From Candidatus Sulfopaludibacter sp. SbA3 (GTDB lineage: Bacteria; Acidobacteriota; Terriglobia; Bryobacterales; Bryobacteraceae): a stretch of 64,000 bases of DNA. The notes below the pieces were generated by a model. That model was not told where the DNA came from, did not search any database, and was given only the letters and a program-made list of their open reading frames with translations. Location of the stretch: positions 3,359 to 67,358 of the forward strand of contig CAMDED010000018.1 in assembly GCA_945893365.1 (NCBI GenBank), in the 5' to 3' direction. This document shows, piece after piece, positions 38,345 through 47,546 of this stretch (position 1 is the stretch's first letter; every line of letters begins with the position of its first letter). The position numbers were made by a program, and so were the translations under genes.

Positions 38345-38625
38345 TGCGGTTCGTTGCTCACGAGATCTCGTAGCCGACTAGTTCTCGCCCCGGCGTCCCG
38401 GTTGTTCTTTATTCCCATCCCCACGAAGGCACTCCGTGTATTCCATCGATCCACACTTAATTAAGGGCAGTCGCGCCGCCCCGAGCAGCCAAGGGGCTTG
38501 AGATCAACTGCGCCGCGGATGCACACCGCCGGGGACAAGGAGAAAAAGCGGATCGTGCGCGCCGGATCTGTCCGTCAAGAAAAGGGTCCGCCGGAGCATC
38601 GTGGAAGCCGGATCGGCGGCGCCGC

Positions 38626-40224
38626 TCAAACAGCTACTTGCAGAAAATCCGCGTAGCTGCCCTTGAAATCTTCGATCTTGCCATGGTTGAAGCGCCAGAT
38701 ACGGGTGGCGACTTCGTCGATCAGATCCTCGTCGTGAGTGACCAGCAGCACGGTTCCTTCGTACCGTTGGATCGCGATATTCAGGGCGTTGATCGATTCG
38801 AGATCGAGGTGGTTCGTAGGCTCGTCGAAGATCAGAAAGTTCGGCTTCTGGAGCATCAGCCGGCACATGATCAAGCGCGCCGCCTCGCCGCCTGACAGCG
38901 CTGCCGTGGGCTTGGTTCCCTCTTCCCCGCTAAAGAGCATCTGCCCGAGCAGGCCGCGCAGTTCTTCGTTCGAGGCCTGGAGATCGAACTGGTGCAGCCA
39001 CTCGATCGCGGTCATGCCGTCTGGAATCGAGGCGCGGTGATCCTGCGCGAAGTAGCCGACTTGCACTTCGTGACCCCAGTCGACTTTCCCTTTATCGATC
39101 GAGGTGTCCGGCTCGGAGGCGCCGGGGGCGTTCTTTAGAAGCGCCTTCAGAAGCGTGGTTTTTCCGGCGCCGTTGCGGCCCATGATGGCGATCTTTTCTC
39201 CGCGCGGGATGTTGGCGCTGAAATTCGTCACGATAGCGTGATCGCCATAGGCCTTCGAGACTCCGGAAAACTCGAGCGCGGTGCGGCCGGAAGGGCGGAT
39301 CATCTGGTAGCGGATGAAGGGCCGTTGGATGTTGGACCTGGCTAGTTCGGCAGTCTGGAGCCGCTCCACTTCCTTCTTACGGGAGGTCACCTGGCTCGAC
39401 CGCGTGCCGGCGGAAAAGCGTGCTATGAACTCGCCCAACTGGGCGATTTTCTTCTCGCGCTGGGCGTTTCCGGCCTCGATCTGCGAGCGGATCTGCGTCT
39501 TCCGCAGAACCATGTCGTCGTAGCCGCCAGGGTACGTGATGATGGTCTGGTAATCGATGTCGGCGATATGGGTGCAGACGTTGTTGAGGAAGTGGCGGTC
39601 GTGCGAGATGACGATGAGTGAGCCTTCGTAACGGTTGAGGAATTCCTCAAGCCAGTGGATGGATTCGAGATCCAGGTGGTTGGTCGGCTCGTCGAGGAGC
39701 AGGGCTTGCGGGTGGCCGAACAGCGCCTGCGCCAAGAGGACGCGGACTTTGTGGCCTCCCTGCACCTCGCCCATCTTCCGTTCGTGCATCTTCTCGGGAA
39801 TATCGAGGCCGTCGAGCAACACCGCGGCGTCGCTTTCGGCGGTGTAGCCGTCCTCGTCGCCGACGATGCCCTCAAGTTCGCCGAGGCGCATTCCGTCTTC
39901 GTCCGTCATCTCCGGTTTGGCGTAGATCAGGTCGCGCTCTTCGAGCGCTTTCCAGAGGGGCAGGTTCCCCATGACGACGGTGTCGATGACCCGGTAAGGG
40001 TCGAAGGCGAACTGATCCTGTCGCAGGACGCCGAGTTTTTTCGGCCGGACGACAGTGCCTTTTTGGGGCTCCAATTCGCCGGTAAGGAGCTTCATGAAAG
40101 TGGACTTGCCGGCGCCGTTGGGGCCGGTAAGACCGTAGCGCCGGCCCGCCGGGAAGGCGGTGGATACGTCCTCGAACAGGACTTTGGCGCCGTAGCGCAT
40201 AGAGATATCGCTGACTGAGATCAC
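38626..40224 (-). CDS. ABC-F family ATPase (YbiT/EttA-like, no TM domain)
   Basis: Two ABC cassettes are present (GPNGAGKST and GRNGAGKTT Walker A, LSGGE signature, LLLDEPTNHLD and LIFDEPTNHLD Walker B) with an inter-domain linker. Confidence 0.9.
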   Translation of the reverse strand: MISVSDISMRYGAKVLFEDVSTAFPAGRRYGLTGPNGAGKSTFMKLLTGELEPQKGTVVRPKKLGVLRQDQFAFDPYRVIDTVVMGNLPLWKALEERDLIYAKPEMTDEDGMRLGELEGIVGDEDGYTAESDAAVLLDGLDIPEKMHERKMGEVQGGHKVRVLLAQALFGHPQALLLDEPTNHLDLESIHWLEEFLNRYEGSLIVISHDRHFLNNVCTHIADIDYQTIITYPGGYDDMVLRKTQIRSQIEAGNAQREKKIAQLGEFIARFSAGTRSSQVTSRKKEVERLQTAELARSNIQRPFIRYQMIRPSGRTALEFSGVSKAYGDHAIVTNFSANIPRGEKIAIMGRNGAGKTTLLKALLKNAPGASEPDTSIDKGKVDWGHEVQVGYFAQDHRASIPDGMTAIEWLHQFDLQASNEELRGLLGQMLFSGEEGTKPTAALSGGEAARLIMCRLMLQKPNFLIFDEPTNHLDLESINALNIAIQRYEGTVLLVTHDEDLIDEVATRIWRFNHGKIEDFKGSYADFLQVAV

Positions 40225-40402
40225 GGGGAATTTTCATTGTACCGCGAAAGACGGCTGAGCCGCCAGAGCCGGAGCCTGGAAAAAAGTACGGATGAGTGAA
40301 CCGGGGCGCCGCGTCAAAGCAAGAACCTTGGCGCGAGGCTGGAGGCCGCCGACGAGGAGACAACTAAATTGATATGATGCCTATCCAGTCAGGAGGTGCG
40401 GC

Positions 40403-42058
40403 ATGAAACGATCGAGCCCCGTGGGAATGGACCGGCGCAAATGGATCCAAGGCATCGCCGTTGCAGGCGCCGCGGGCGCCATGCCCGCGGCGGAGAAGAA
40501 CACTGCCAGCCCACGCTCTTCCCATCCAGTCGTCGAGACAAGCTCCGGAAGAATCCGCGGCTGCACGAGCCGCGGCGTCTGGGTATTCCGGGGGCTCCCC
40601 TATGGCGCCCCCACTGAAGGCCCCAACCGCTTCATGCCACCGCGCAAACCGCAGCCGTGGGCCGGGGTAAGGAGTTGCCTCACCTATGGCCGCGTCTGTC
40701 CCACCGGCGTCGCTTTAGTCGAGGACGGCGGCAACCGAACCCAGGGCGATGAAGACAATTTCCTTCTCTACCGCACCGGTCCCGGGCAAGCGGGCGAGGA
40801 TTGCCTTCGCCTGAACGTCTTCACCCCCGGCGGTTCCGGAGGCAAACGCCCCGTCATGGTCTACATGCATGGCGGCGGTTTTTCCGGCGGCAGCGGCAAT
40901 GGTCTTCTGTCATATGACGGCGAGAACCTCGCCCGCCATCACGATGTGGTGGTCGTCACCCATAACCACCGCCTCAACGTTTTCGGCTATCTCAATCTCG
41001 CGGGGCTCGGCGGGGAGCGTTATGCCGCTTCCGCCAACGTGGGCATGCTCGACAACGTCGCGGTGCTCGAATGGGTGCGCGACAACATTTCCAACTTCGG
41101 CGGCGATCCCAACAATGTATTGATCTACGGCCAATCCGGCGGCGGGGGCAAAGTCTCAATGCTGATGGCGATGCCGGCGGCCAAAGGCCTCTTCCACCGG
41201 GCCGCGGTGCAGAGCGGCGCCACACTGCGCGCGGGGATGCCTGAGCGAACAACGCAATTGGCCGCCGCGGTCCTCGCCGAGCTCCGGATCTCCCCTTCGC
41301 AGATCGAAAAGATTCACGCCGTTCCCACCCTCGCGCTGATGACTGCCCAAGCCGCCGCCGTCAGGAAGATGAGCGGGCCCGGGCGGCGCGGAGATTGGGG
41401 ACCTACCATGGATGGGTCCATCATTCCCTCTCACCCCTTCGACCCAACCGCTCCGGCCCTCTCCGCGAACGTCCCCCTGCTCATCGGAACCTGTCTCAAC
41501 GAGTTCGTCAACGGCGTGGATAACCCCGAGGTGGACACGCTCACCGAAGGTGAACTCAACGAACGGGTGAGCAAAGAGTATGGCGCCCAAGCTCGAGACA
41601 TTGTCGCCGCCTACCGCCGTGAATATCCCAGGGAGACCCCATTCGGGCTGTGGGCCGCTATCTCCGCCGCGCCCCGGGCGCGCCAGAACGCCATCACGCA
41701 AGCGGAACGCAAAGCGGCGCAAAACGCCGCTCCGGTCTATCACTACCTATACGCATGGCGCACGCCCATGCTCGACAACCGGCCCGGCACCTTTCACAGC
41801 AGCGAGATCGCGTTCGTCTTCGACAATGCCGATCTCTGTCCCCGCTACTCGGGCGGAGGCCCGGAAGGCCGCGCGCTCTCTTCCAGGATGGGCGAGGCCT
41901 GGGCCGCTTTCGCTCGCACCGGCAAGCCAGGCCACCGCGCCCTTCCCGAGTGGCCGGCCTACACAGCCGCCACCCGCGCCACGATGGTGTTCGACAACCA
42001 GTGCCGCATCAAGAACGACCCTGAGGGAGAAGGCTTGCGCCTGATGAAGAAGGCGTAG
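40403..42058 (+). CDS. Tat-signalled type-B carboxylesterase/lipase family protein
   Basis: DRRKWIQGIAVAGAAG signal, VYMHGGGF oxyanion segment, and GQSGGG nucleophile elbow. Confidence 0.85.
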   Translation: MKRSSPVGMDRRKWIQGIAVAGAAGAMPAAEKNTASPRSSHPVVETSSGRIRGCTSRGVWVFRGLPYGAPTEGPNRFMPPRKPQPWAGVRSCLTYGRVCPTGVALVEDGGNRTQGDEDNFLLYRTGPGQAGEDCLRLNVFTPGGSGGKRPVMVYMHGGGFSGGSGNGLLSYDGENLARHHDVVVVTHNHRLNVFGYLNLAGLGGERYAASANVGMLDNVAVLEWVRDNISNFGGDPNNVLIYGQSGGGGKVSMLMAMPAAKGLFHRAAVQSGATLRAGMPERTTQLAAAVLAELRISPSQIEKIHAVPTLALMTAQAAAVRKMSGPGRRGDWGPTMDGSIIPSHPFDPTAPALSANVPLLIGTCLNEFVNGVDNPEVDTLTEGELNERVSKEYGAQARDIVAAYRREYPRETPFGLWAAISAAPRARQNAITQAERKAAQNAAPVYHYLYAWRTPMLDNRPGTFHSSEIAFVFDNADLCPRYSGGGPEGRALSSRMGEAWAAFARTGKPGHRALPEWPAYTAATRATMVFDNQCRIKNDPEGEGLRLMKKA

Positions 42059-42088
42059 TCCCTTGCCTTTTCTGGCGGTCTGGGATCT

Positions 42089-42868
42089 TTACCTGCCGCC
42101 TTTCACAAGCGCCGGATAGTCCTTGCTATTCGATATGGTGTTGTGGCCTGCGCCGGCAATGACCACAAACGACGCGACGCCATTTTGAAAACGCGTTCGA
42201 AGCAACTCCGTGCTCGCGCGTGGAATGATCTCGTCCAGCTCGGCCGCGATGATCAGGGTTGGCGCCGTCACCTGTGGCGCATATCTCCACGACTCAAACT
42301 TATCTCGCAGCAGCCAACGCACCGGCACGTAGGGAAACTGAAGCGCCGCGATTTCGAGAAGGCTGTCATAAGGAGTGACGAGAACAAGCCGCGCCACGGG
42401 CCGCAGGCTCGCCACCCGGACTGCAATTCCGCTCCCCAGGCTGCGCCCAACAATGACTACATTCGGATGCAGGGCGTGCACTTGGTCGAATAGAACCAGC
42501 GCATCGCCGAACAGGGCTTCTTCAGATGGGCTGCCGGAACTTCCACAGTAGCCGCGGTAGTGAAGCAGGTAAAGCGCGTGGCCGGGAAATGAGGCGGAGA
42601 AGTCAGGCATATTGAGCGAAACGTTTTCCGCGTTACCTCCCAAATAGATAAGCGCATCGGGGCTGTCGCTTGGCCGCGTCGATACCAGCACTCGCTCTTT
42701 TTCGATTTGCAGGGCCATGAGCGTTTCGCCTTTGCATTTCGAGCTTGATGGCGGGAAATAAATCATGGAGCGCTGAAATAGGAACAAGGCTCCGCACATG
42801 CCAACGTACAATATCGCCAAGCCGACCGCTACATTGATGAGCATCCGCCGCGCTGCCTTATGCTTCAA
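42089..42868 (-). CDS. Alpha/beta-fold hydrolase with N-terminal membrane anchor
   Basis: A TM helix is followed by the GRSLGSG nucleophile elbow and C-terminal D and H segments (AELDEIIP, AGHN). Confidence 0.7.
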   Translation of the reverse strand: MKHKAARRMLINVAVGLAILYVGMCGALFLFQRSMIYFPPSSSKCKGETLMALQIEKERVLVSTRPSDSPDALIYLGGNAENVSLNMPDFSASFPGHALYLLHYRGYCGSSGSPSEEALFGDALVLFDQVHALHPNVVIVGRSLGSGIAVRVASLRPVARLVLVTPYDSLLEIAALQFPYVPVRWLLRDKFESWRYAPQVTAPTLIIAAELDEIIPRASTELLRTRFQNGVASFVVIAGAGHNTISNSKDYPALVKGGR

Positions 42869-42875
42869 GGGTACT

Positions 42876-43064
42876 TCACGAGACGGGCGGCAGCCTCATC
42901 CATACGAAGAAATCGGCAATGTGCGCGCCCCACGTTTTGGCCGGGAAGTACGCGCAGGCTAAATGGGCAATGCCCTGATCCTCGTCGACGGCCCGTGCCT
43001 CGCATTCGAGAGAGGCGGCAGTGTCTTCCCGGGTGAGTTCCGGATTACCCTCGATCAGATCCAT
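42876..43064 (-). pseudogene. Possible DUF433-family remnant
   Basis: The N-terminus LIEGNPELTREDTAASLE resembles the C-terminal YP.LT.EDI.AAL.YA end of DUF433. An in-frame TGA lies just upstream and the body of the domain is missing. Confidence 0.3.
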
Positions 43065-43148
43065 ACTGTTCGTTGTTCAGCACGGCCCAACGGCCGGGCG
43101 CCTGTTCGGAGTACGCAGGTGAGGCGGCCTCTGAAGTTAGAATGAGGT

Positions 43149-43409
43149 ATGACGGTTTACGACGAGCGCCGGGACGAACTGGAGAAGCACGAGTTCATGA
43201 TGGGAACCGAGCGCGGGCGCCTCGCCGTAACGCTTGACGTGCTCACCGACGCGCTCGTCCTGGTGGGACAGCACGGCGTCTACTGCCAAAGCGCGCGGAC
43301 CCCTGGAAAGCCGGCGATGGACGTGCAGTTGATCACAAAAGCGATCGTCGACGCGAAGGAGCTGATTTCCGGCGTGATGGCCGCGCTGAAGAAAAGCCCG
43401 TCGGCTTGA
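43149..43409 (+). CDS. Hypothetical 86-aa protein
   Basis: ORF only, with no recognisable family. It is preceded by GAATGAGG, a weak SD. Confidence 0.3.
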   Translation: MTVYDERRDELEKHEFMMGTERGRLAVTLDVLTDALVLVGQHGVYCQSARTPGKPAMDVQLITKAIVDAKELISGVMAALKKSPSA

Positions 43410-43429
43410 GCTCACCGCGTCTGCGCCGT

Positions 43430-45034
43430 TCAATCCGGAACGCTGGCGGCAAAGGCTGGTTTTCGCCGCGCTCCCGTCTCCCGCTCCCAAGCAAACGCCA
43501 GCTTCAGGAGAGCCGGTTCGCTCCAAGCCGGTCCGAAAAACGACAAGCCGACCGGCAGTCCCCGGTAAAATCCGGCCGGAACGGTGATATGCGGATAGCC
43601 GGCAACCGCGGCCGGCGTCGTGCATCCGCCAGTGTAGCTATCTCCGTTGACATGGTCGATGAACCACGCGGGCCCCGACGTCAACGTCACAATCGCGTCC
43701 AGCTTGTGCCTCGCCATGACTGCGTCAATTCCTTCCCTTCGGGATAAGCGCAGGCAATCGGCCCGAGCCTTTACGTACTTTGCCTCGCTGAGCGGGCCTT
43801 TCGCTTCGGTTCGCACGAGCAATTCCTGCTCGAAGAACGGCATCTCGAGCTCGCGGTTCCGATCGTTGAAAGCGATGAGCCCGGTGAGCGACCGCGCCGG
43901 ACTGCTCGCCGGGAGCCGCGCCAAATAGCGGTTCAGCCCGTCCTTGAATTCGTAGTGGAGCACTTCCATCTCAGGAGCGTCCATCTGGCTGTGGGTTGGC
44001 AGATCGGCGGGATCGATCACTTCGGCGCCGGCTTTCTTCAGCACGTCGACGCACGCGTTCAGAAAACGATCGAGCGGCGCATTGCTCTCGAAGAATTTCC
44101 GGGCGATGCCAAGGCGGGCGCCGCGAAGGCCGTGCGGATCGAGAAAACGCGTGTAGTCCGGCGCGGCCTTGCCCTGGGATCCGGCAGTTGCTGCGTCTTC
44201 GGTATCGACGCCAGTCATGGCGCTCAACAGGATGGCAATATCGCGGACCGTGCGGCACATTGGACCCGCAGTGTCCTGGCTGGCCGAGATCGGGATGATT
44301 CCCGAGCGGCTGAGAAGTCCAACCGTGGGCTTGAGGCCGGCGATCCCATTGATCGAGGAGGGACTCGTCACGGATCCATCGGTCTCGCTCCCGAGGGCGG
44401 CGGCGCAAAGGCTCGCTGCGACGGCGGCGCCGGAGCCGGAGCTCGATCCTGAAGGATTGTGGTCGAGCGCGTAGGGGTTGCGGGTTTGGCCGCCGCGCGC
44501 GCTCCATCCGTTGGTGGAGTGAGTCGAACGAAAATTCGCCCATTCGCTGAGATTCGTCTTTCCGAGGATAAGCGCGCCGGCGGCGCGCAGACGCCCCACG
44601 ACGAACGCGTCCTGGGGCGCCCGCCATTCGGATAGCGCGAGCGAGCCTGCTGTCGTCCGCATGCGATCGCCGGTATCGATATTGTCTTTGATCAGGATCG
44701 GCACGCCGTGCAGAATGCCCCGAACGCGGTTGTCTTTGCGCTCTCCGTCCAACTGCCTGGCAAGCGCCATCGCATCCGGATTCACTTCAATCACCGAACC
44801 GAGCTGCGGACCCTTGCGATCCACGGCGTCGATTCGAGCGAGGTACAATTCCGTCAGGCGGCTGCACGTCCACTTCCCGTTTTCGAGACCTGTGGCGATA
44901 TCGGCAAGACTGACTTCGTCCAATTCAGAGCTGGTTGGCGTATTCGAAGCGGCCCGCGGCGAATCGGGCGCGGACCTGCATGACGCGTGGACCGCGGCGG
45001 CTCCCACGGCCGCGACGAACGAGCGCCGCTTCAT
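43430..45034 (-). CDS. Tat-signalled amidase (amidase-signature family)
   Basis: ATG at 45034 gives MKRRSFVAAVGAAAVHA. The AS-family GSSSGSG motif and K...S-cis-S context are present. Confidence 0.85.
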   Translation of the reverse strand: MKRRSFVAAVGAAAVHASCRSAPDSPRAASNTPTSSELDEVSLADIATGLENGKWTCSRLTELYLARIDAVDRKGPQLGSVIEVNPDAMALARQLDGERKDNRVRGILHGVPILIKDNIDTGDRMRTTAGSLALSEWRAPQDAFVVGRLRAAGALILGKTNLSEWANFRSTHSTNGWSARGGQTRNPYALDHNPSGSSSGSGAAVAASLCAAALGSETDGSVTSPSSINGIAGLKPTVGLLSRSGIIPISASQDTAGPMCRTVRDIAILLSAMTGVDTEDAATAGSQGKAAPDYTRFLDPHGLRGARLGIARKFFESNAPLDRFLNACVDVLKKAGAEVIDPADLPTHSQMDAPEMEVLHYEFKDGLNRYLARLPASSPARSLTGLIAFNDRNRELEMPFFEQELLVRTEAKGPLSEAKYVKARADCLRLSRREGIDAVMARHKLDAIVTLTSGPAWFIDHVNGDSYTGGCTTPAAVAGYPHITVPAGFYRGLPVGLSFFGPAWSEPALLKLAFAWERETGARRKPAFAASVPD

Positions 45035-45185
45035 GCTCGAGCTCACGAGACAAGTCCCATCTCGGAATCGCCTCCGTGCGCGGAGCCGGAAACCCGATCG
45101 TCGGGAGGCATCGTCAAGAAGCATCCACCCAAGCGGCGTATCATATCATGAGGGTGATAATATCATCGTGTAGAGGAGTTCCGCC

Positions 45186-46049
45186 ATGCTTCGAATGCTT
45201 CCATTCACAAGTCTTGTTCTGTTCGCCGCTGCCGCGTGTACCGCCGCCCCCCTGAAGTGCCTGATCGTCGATGGCCAGAATAACCACAAGTGGAAAGAAA
45301 CCACGCCGGTCCTCAAGAAGCAGCTTGAGGAGGGTGGCCTGTTCGCGTGCGACGTGGTGACTTCCCCGCCCGAAAAGGGCGATTTCAGCGGCTTCAATCC
45401 GGACTTCGCGAAATACGCAGTAGTCGTTTCGAATTATAATGGCGATCCCTGGCCGCAAGCGGTGAAGGACAACTTCGAGAAATATATGCGAAACGGAGGC
45501 GGCTTCGTGAGCTATCACGCCGCGGATAACGCCTTCCCCGAATGGAGAGCGTACAACCAGATGATTGCGCTCGGCGGATGGGGCGGGCGCGACGAGAAAT
45601 CGGGCGCAATGGTGCGATTCCGCGCAGGCAACATGGTTGTGGAAGCGATGCCCGGGAAAGGCGGGCACCATGGACCAAGGCATGAATTCCAGATCGCGAC
45701 CCGCGATCCGCGGCATCCAATCATGAAAGGAATGCCCCAGCTCTGGATGCACGCAAAGGACGAATTGTACGACAGCATGCGAGGTCCGGCCGAAAACATG
45801 CACATCCTTGGAACGGCGCTATCGAAGCCGGAATTTGGCGGCACGGGAGAAAACGAACCGCTGCTATTCACGGTCGCCTACGGCAACGGCCGGGTATTTC
45901 ACACCATGCTCGGGCACGATACGGAAGCCATGAATTGCGTCGGGTTCATGGTGACGCTGCGGCGCGGCGCCGAGTGGGCGGCCACGGGGAAGGTGAAGCA
46001 AAAACTGCCGGCGGACTTACCATCGGCGGATAAGGTCGCCGTGCGTTGA
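45186..46049 (+). CDS. Secreted ThuA-domain protein
   Basis: AGAGGAG SD, signal peptide, and ThuA blocks (LIVDGQNNH, GGGFVSYHAADNAF, TMLGHD). Confidence 0.8.
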   Translation: MLRMLPFTSLVLFAAAACTAAPLKCLIVDGQNNHKWKETTPVLKKQLEEGGLFACDVVTSPPEKGDFSGFNPDFAKYAVVVSNYNGDPWPQAVKDNFEKYMRNGGGFVSYHAADNAFPEWRAYNQMIALGGWGGRDEKSGAMVRFRAGNMVVEAMPGKGGHHGPRHEFQIATRDPRHPIMKGMPQLWMHAKDELYDSMRGPAENMHILGTALSKPEFGGTGENEPLLFTVAYGNGRVFHTMLGHDTEAMNCVGFMVTLRRGAEWAATGKVKQKLPADLPSADKVAVR

Positions 46050-46050
46050 A

Positions 46051-46260
46051 ATGGGACGGAGTCTAATCGCCGCGGGATTGCTAATCGCCTTGATCGGGGT
46101 GCTGGTGACGATTGGGGAAAAGTCGCTGCTACGGCTGGGGCGGCTGCCGGGCGATATTGCGATTCGCGGAAAGAACTCCGCGTTTTATTTTCCCGTCGTG
46201 ACGTGTCTGGTTGTGAGCGCCGTGCTGACGTTCGGGATGTGGCTGTTCGGAAAACGCTGA
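46051..46260 (+). CDS. DUF2905-family small membrane protein
   Basis: A 69-aa two-TM protein with RLPGDI...G..F.FP, typical of DUF2905. Confidence 0.7.
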   Translation: MGRSLIAAGLLIALIGVLVTIGEKSLLRLGRLPGDIAIRGKNSAFYFPVVTCLVVSAVLTFGMWLFGKR

Positions 46261-46264
46261 ACGC

Positions 46265-46828
46265 CTATTTCAGCCGTCCCATATGCTGCAGCGGCCAGTA
46301 CACGAAGACCGCTTTGCCGTAAATGAAACGCCGCTCCACGGTTCCCCAGGCCCGGCTATCGTTCGAAGAACTGCGATGGTCTCCCAGGACGAAGTATTGT
46401 CCGTCATTGATCCTCGTCGGAGGGTACGATTGGCTGTCGCGGTACTCCGCGGGGACGTACGGCTCGTCGATTTCCTTGCCGTTCACCAGAACCTTTCCCA
46501 ATTCGATCTCGACATTGTCGCCGGGAACCGCGATAACCCGTTTAATATAGGATTTGGTGCGGTCGAGCGGAAACCAGAACACCACCATGTCGCCGCGCTC
46601 GATCGCGTCGACGCCGCCGAAGCGGTAGGTAAACTTGTTGATAAAGATTCGCTCCTGGTCGGTAAGCGAAGGCATCATACTGGTACCTTCGACTTTGACG
46701 GGCTGGTAAACGAAGACGATCAGGATGAATGCCAGGAATACGGACAGTAGCAAGTCGCGCAGCCAGAACAACAAGGTTGACGCCGGCGAGCGAGGTGTCG
46801 AAGATGTTTCAAGCTCGGACTGTTCCAC
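46265..46828 (-). CDS. lepB: Signal peptidase I
   Basis: Catalytic Ser block GTSMMPSL and Lys block YIKRVIAVPGD, plus GDHRSSSNDSR. The true start may lie at an internal TTG/CTG. Confidence 0.85.
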   Translation of the reverse strand: MEQSELETSSTPRSPASTLLFWLRDLLLSVFLAFILIVFVYQPVKVEGTSMMPSLTDQERIFINKFTYRFGGVDAIERGDMVVFWFPLDRTKSYIKRVIAVPGDNVEIELGKVLVNGKEIDEPYVPAEYRDSQSYPPTRINDGQYFVLGDHRSSSNDSRAWGTVERRFIYGKAVFVYWPLQHMGRLK

Positions 46829-46829
46829 G

Positions 46830-47546
46830 TTGATCGATCCTTCTCATCATACGCTATCTGACGCGCCGAGAACGGTTCTGATAGTACCGGCATTGAACGA
46901 AGAAGCGGCCATCGGGCAGACGCTCGACAGGGTTCCTAAAGGCCTGTACCAACAGATTCTGGTGGGCGATAACGGGTCAATCGACCGAACGGCCGAAGTG
47001 GCGCGGACGCACGGCGCTACCGTGGTTTTCGAACCGGAGCGGGGGTACGGGGCGGCCTGTTTGCGCGCCCTCGCAGCCGCGCCAGATGCCGAAATCGTGG
47101 TTTTCATGGATGCGGATGCGAGCGACGAGCCCGCCGAGGCGCCGCTGCTGCTGGCTCCTATTCTTGAGGGACGCGCGGATTTCGTGATCGGTTCCCGTGT
47201 ACTAGGAAGGGCTGACCCAGGCGCGATTCAGCCGCATCAGCGGTTTGGAAACCGGCTGGCAACGCTGCTGTTGCGCGTAATTTACGGTCACCGCTATACG
47301 GACCTTGGCCCGTTTCGCGCGATCCGCGCCTCCTCGTTGCGAGAGCTTGGCATGCGAGACCGCAATTACGGATGGACCGTCGAGATGCAGATCAAGGCGC
47401 TTCGCCATGGGCTGCGGGTGATCGAGGTGCCCGTGACTTACCACCGCCGCATCGGCGTCAGCAAGGTGTCCGGCAATCTCAAGGGCAGCGTGCTCGCGGG
47501 CATCAAGATCATTTGGCTCGTGTTTCGTCTGGCGTTTTCCCGGTAA
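46830..47546 (+). CDS. Family-2 glycosyltransferase (dolichyl/polyprenyl-phosphate sugar synthase-like)
   Basis: LIVPALNEE, GDNGSIDRT and FMDADASD (DxD) are present. The only plausible start downstream of lepB is TTG 46830, so the start is uncertain. Confidence 0.7.
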   Translation: MIDPSHHTLSDAPRTVLIVPALNEEAAIGQTLDRVPKGLYQQILVGDNGSIDRTAEVARTHGATVVFEPERGYGAACLRALAAAPDAEIVVFMDADASDEPAEAPLLLAPILEGRADFVIGSRVLGRADPGAIQPHQRFGNRLATLLLRVIYGHRYTDLGPFRAIRASSLRELGMRDRNYGWTVEMQIKALRHGLRVIEVPVTYHRRIGVSKVSGNLKGSVLAGIKIIWLVFRLAFSR

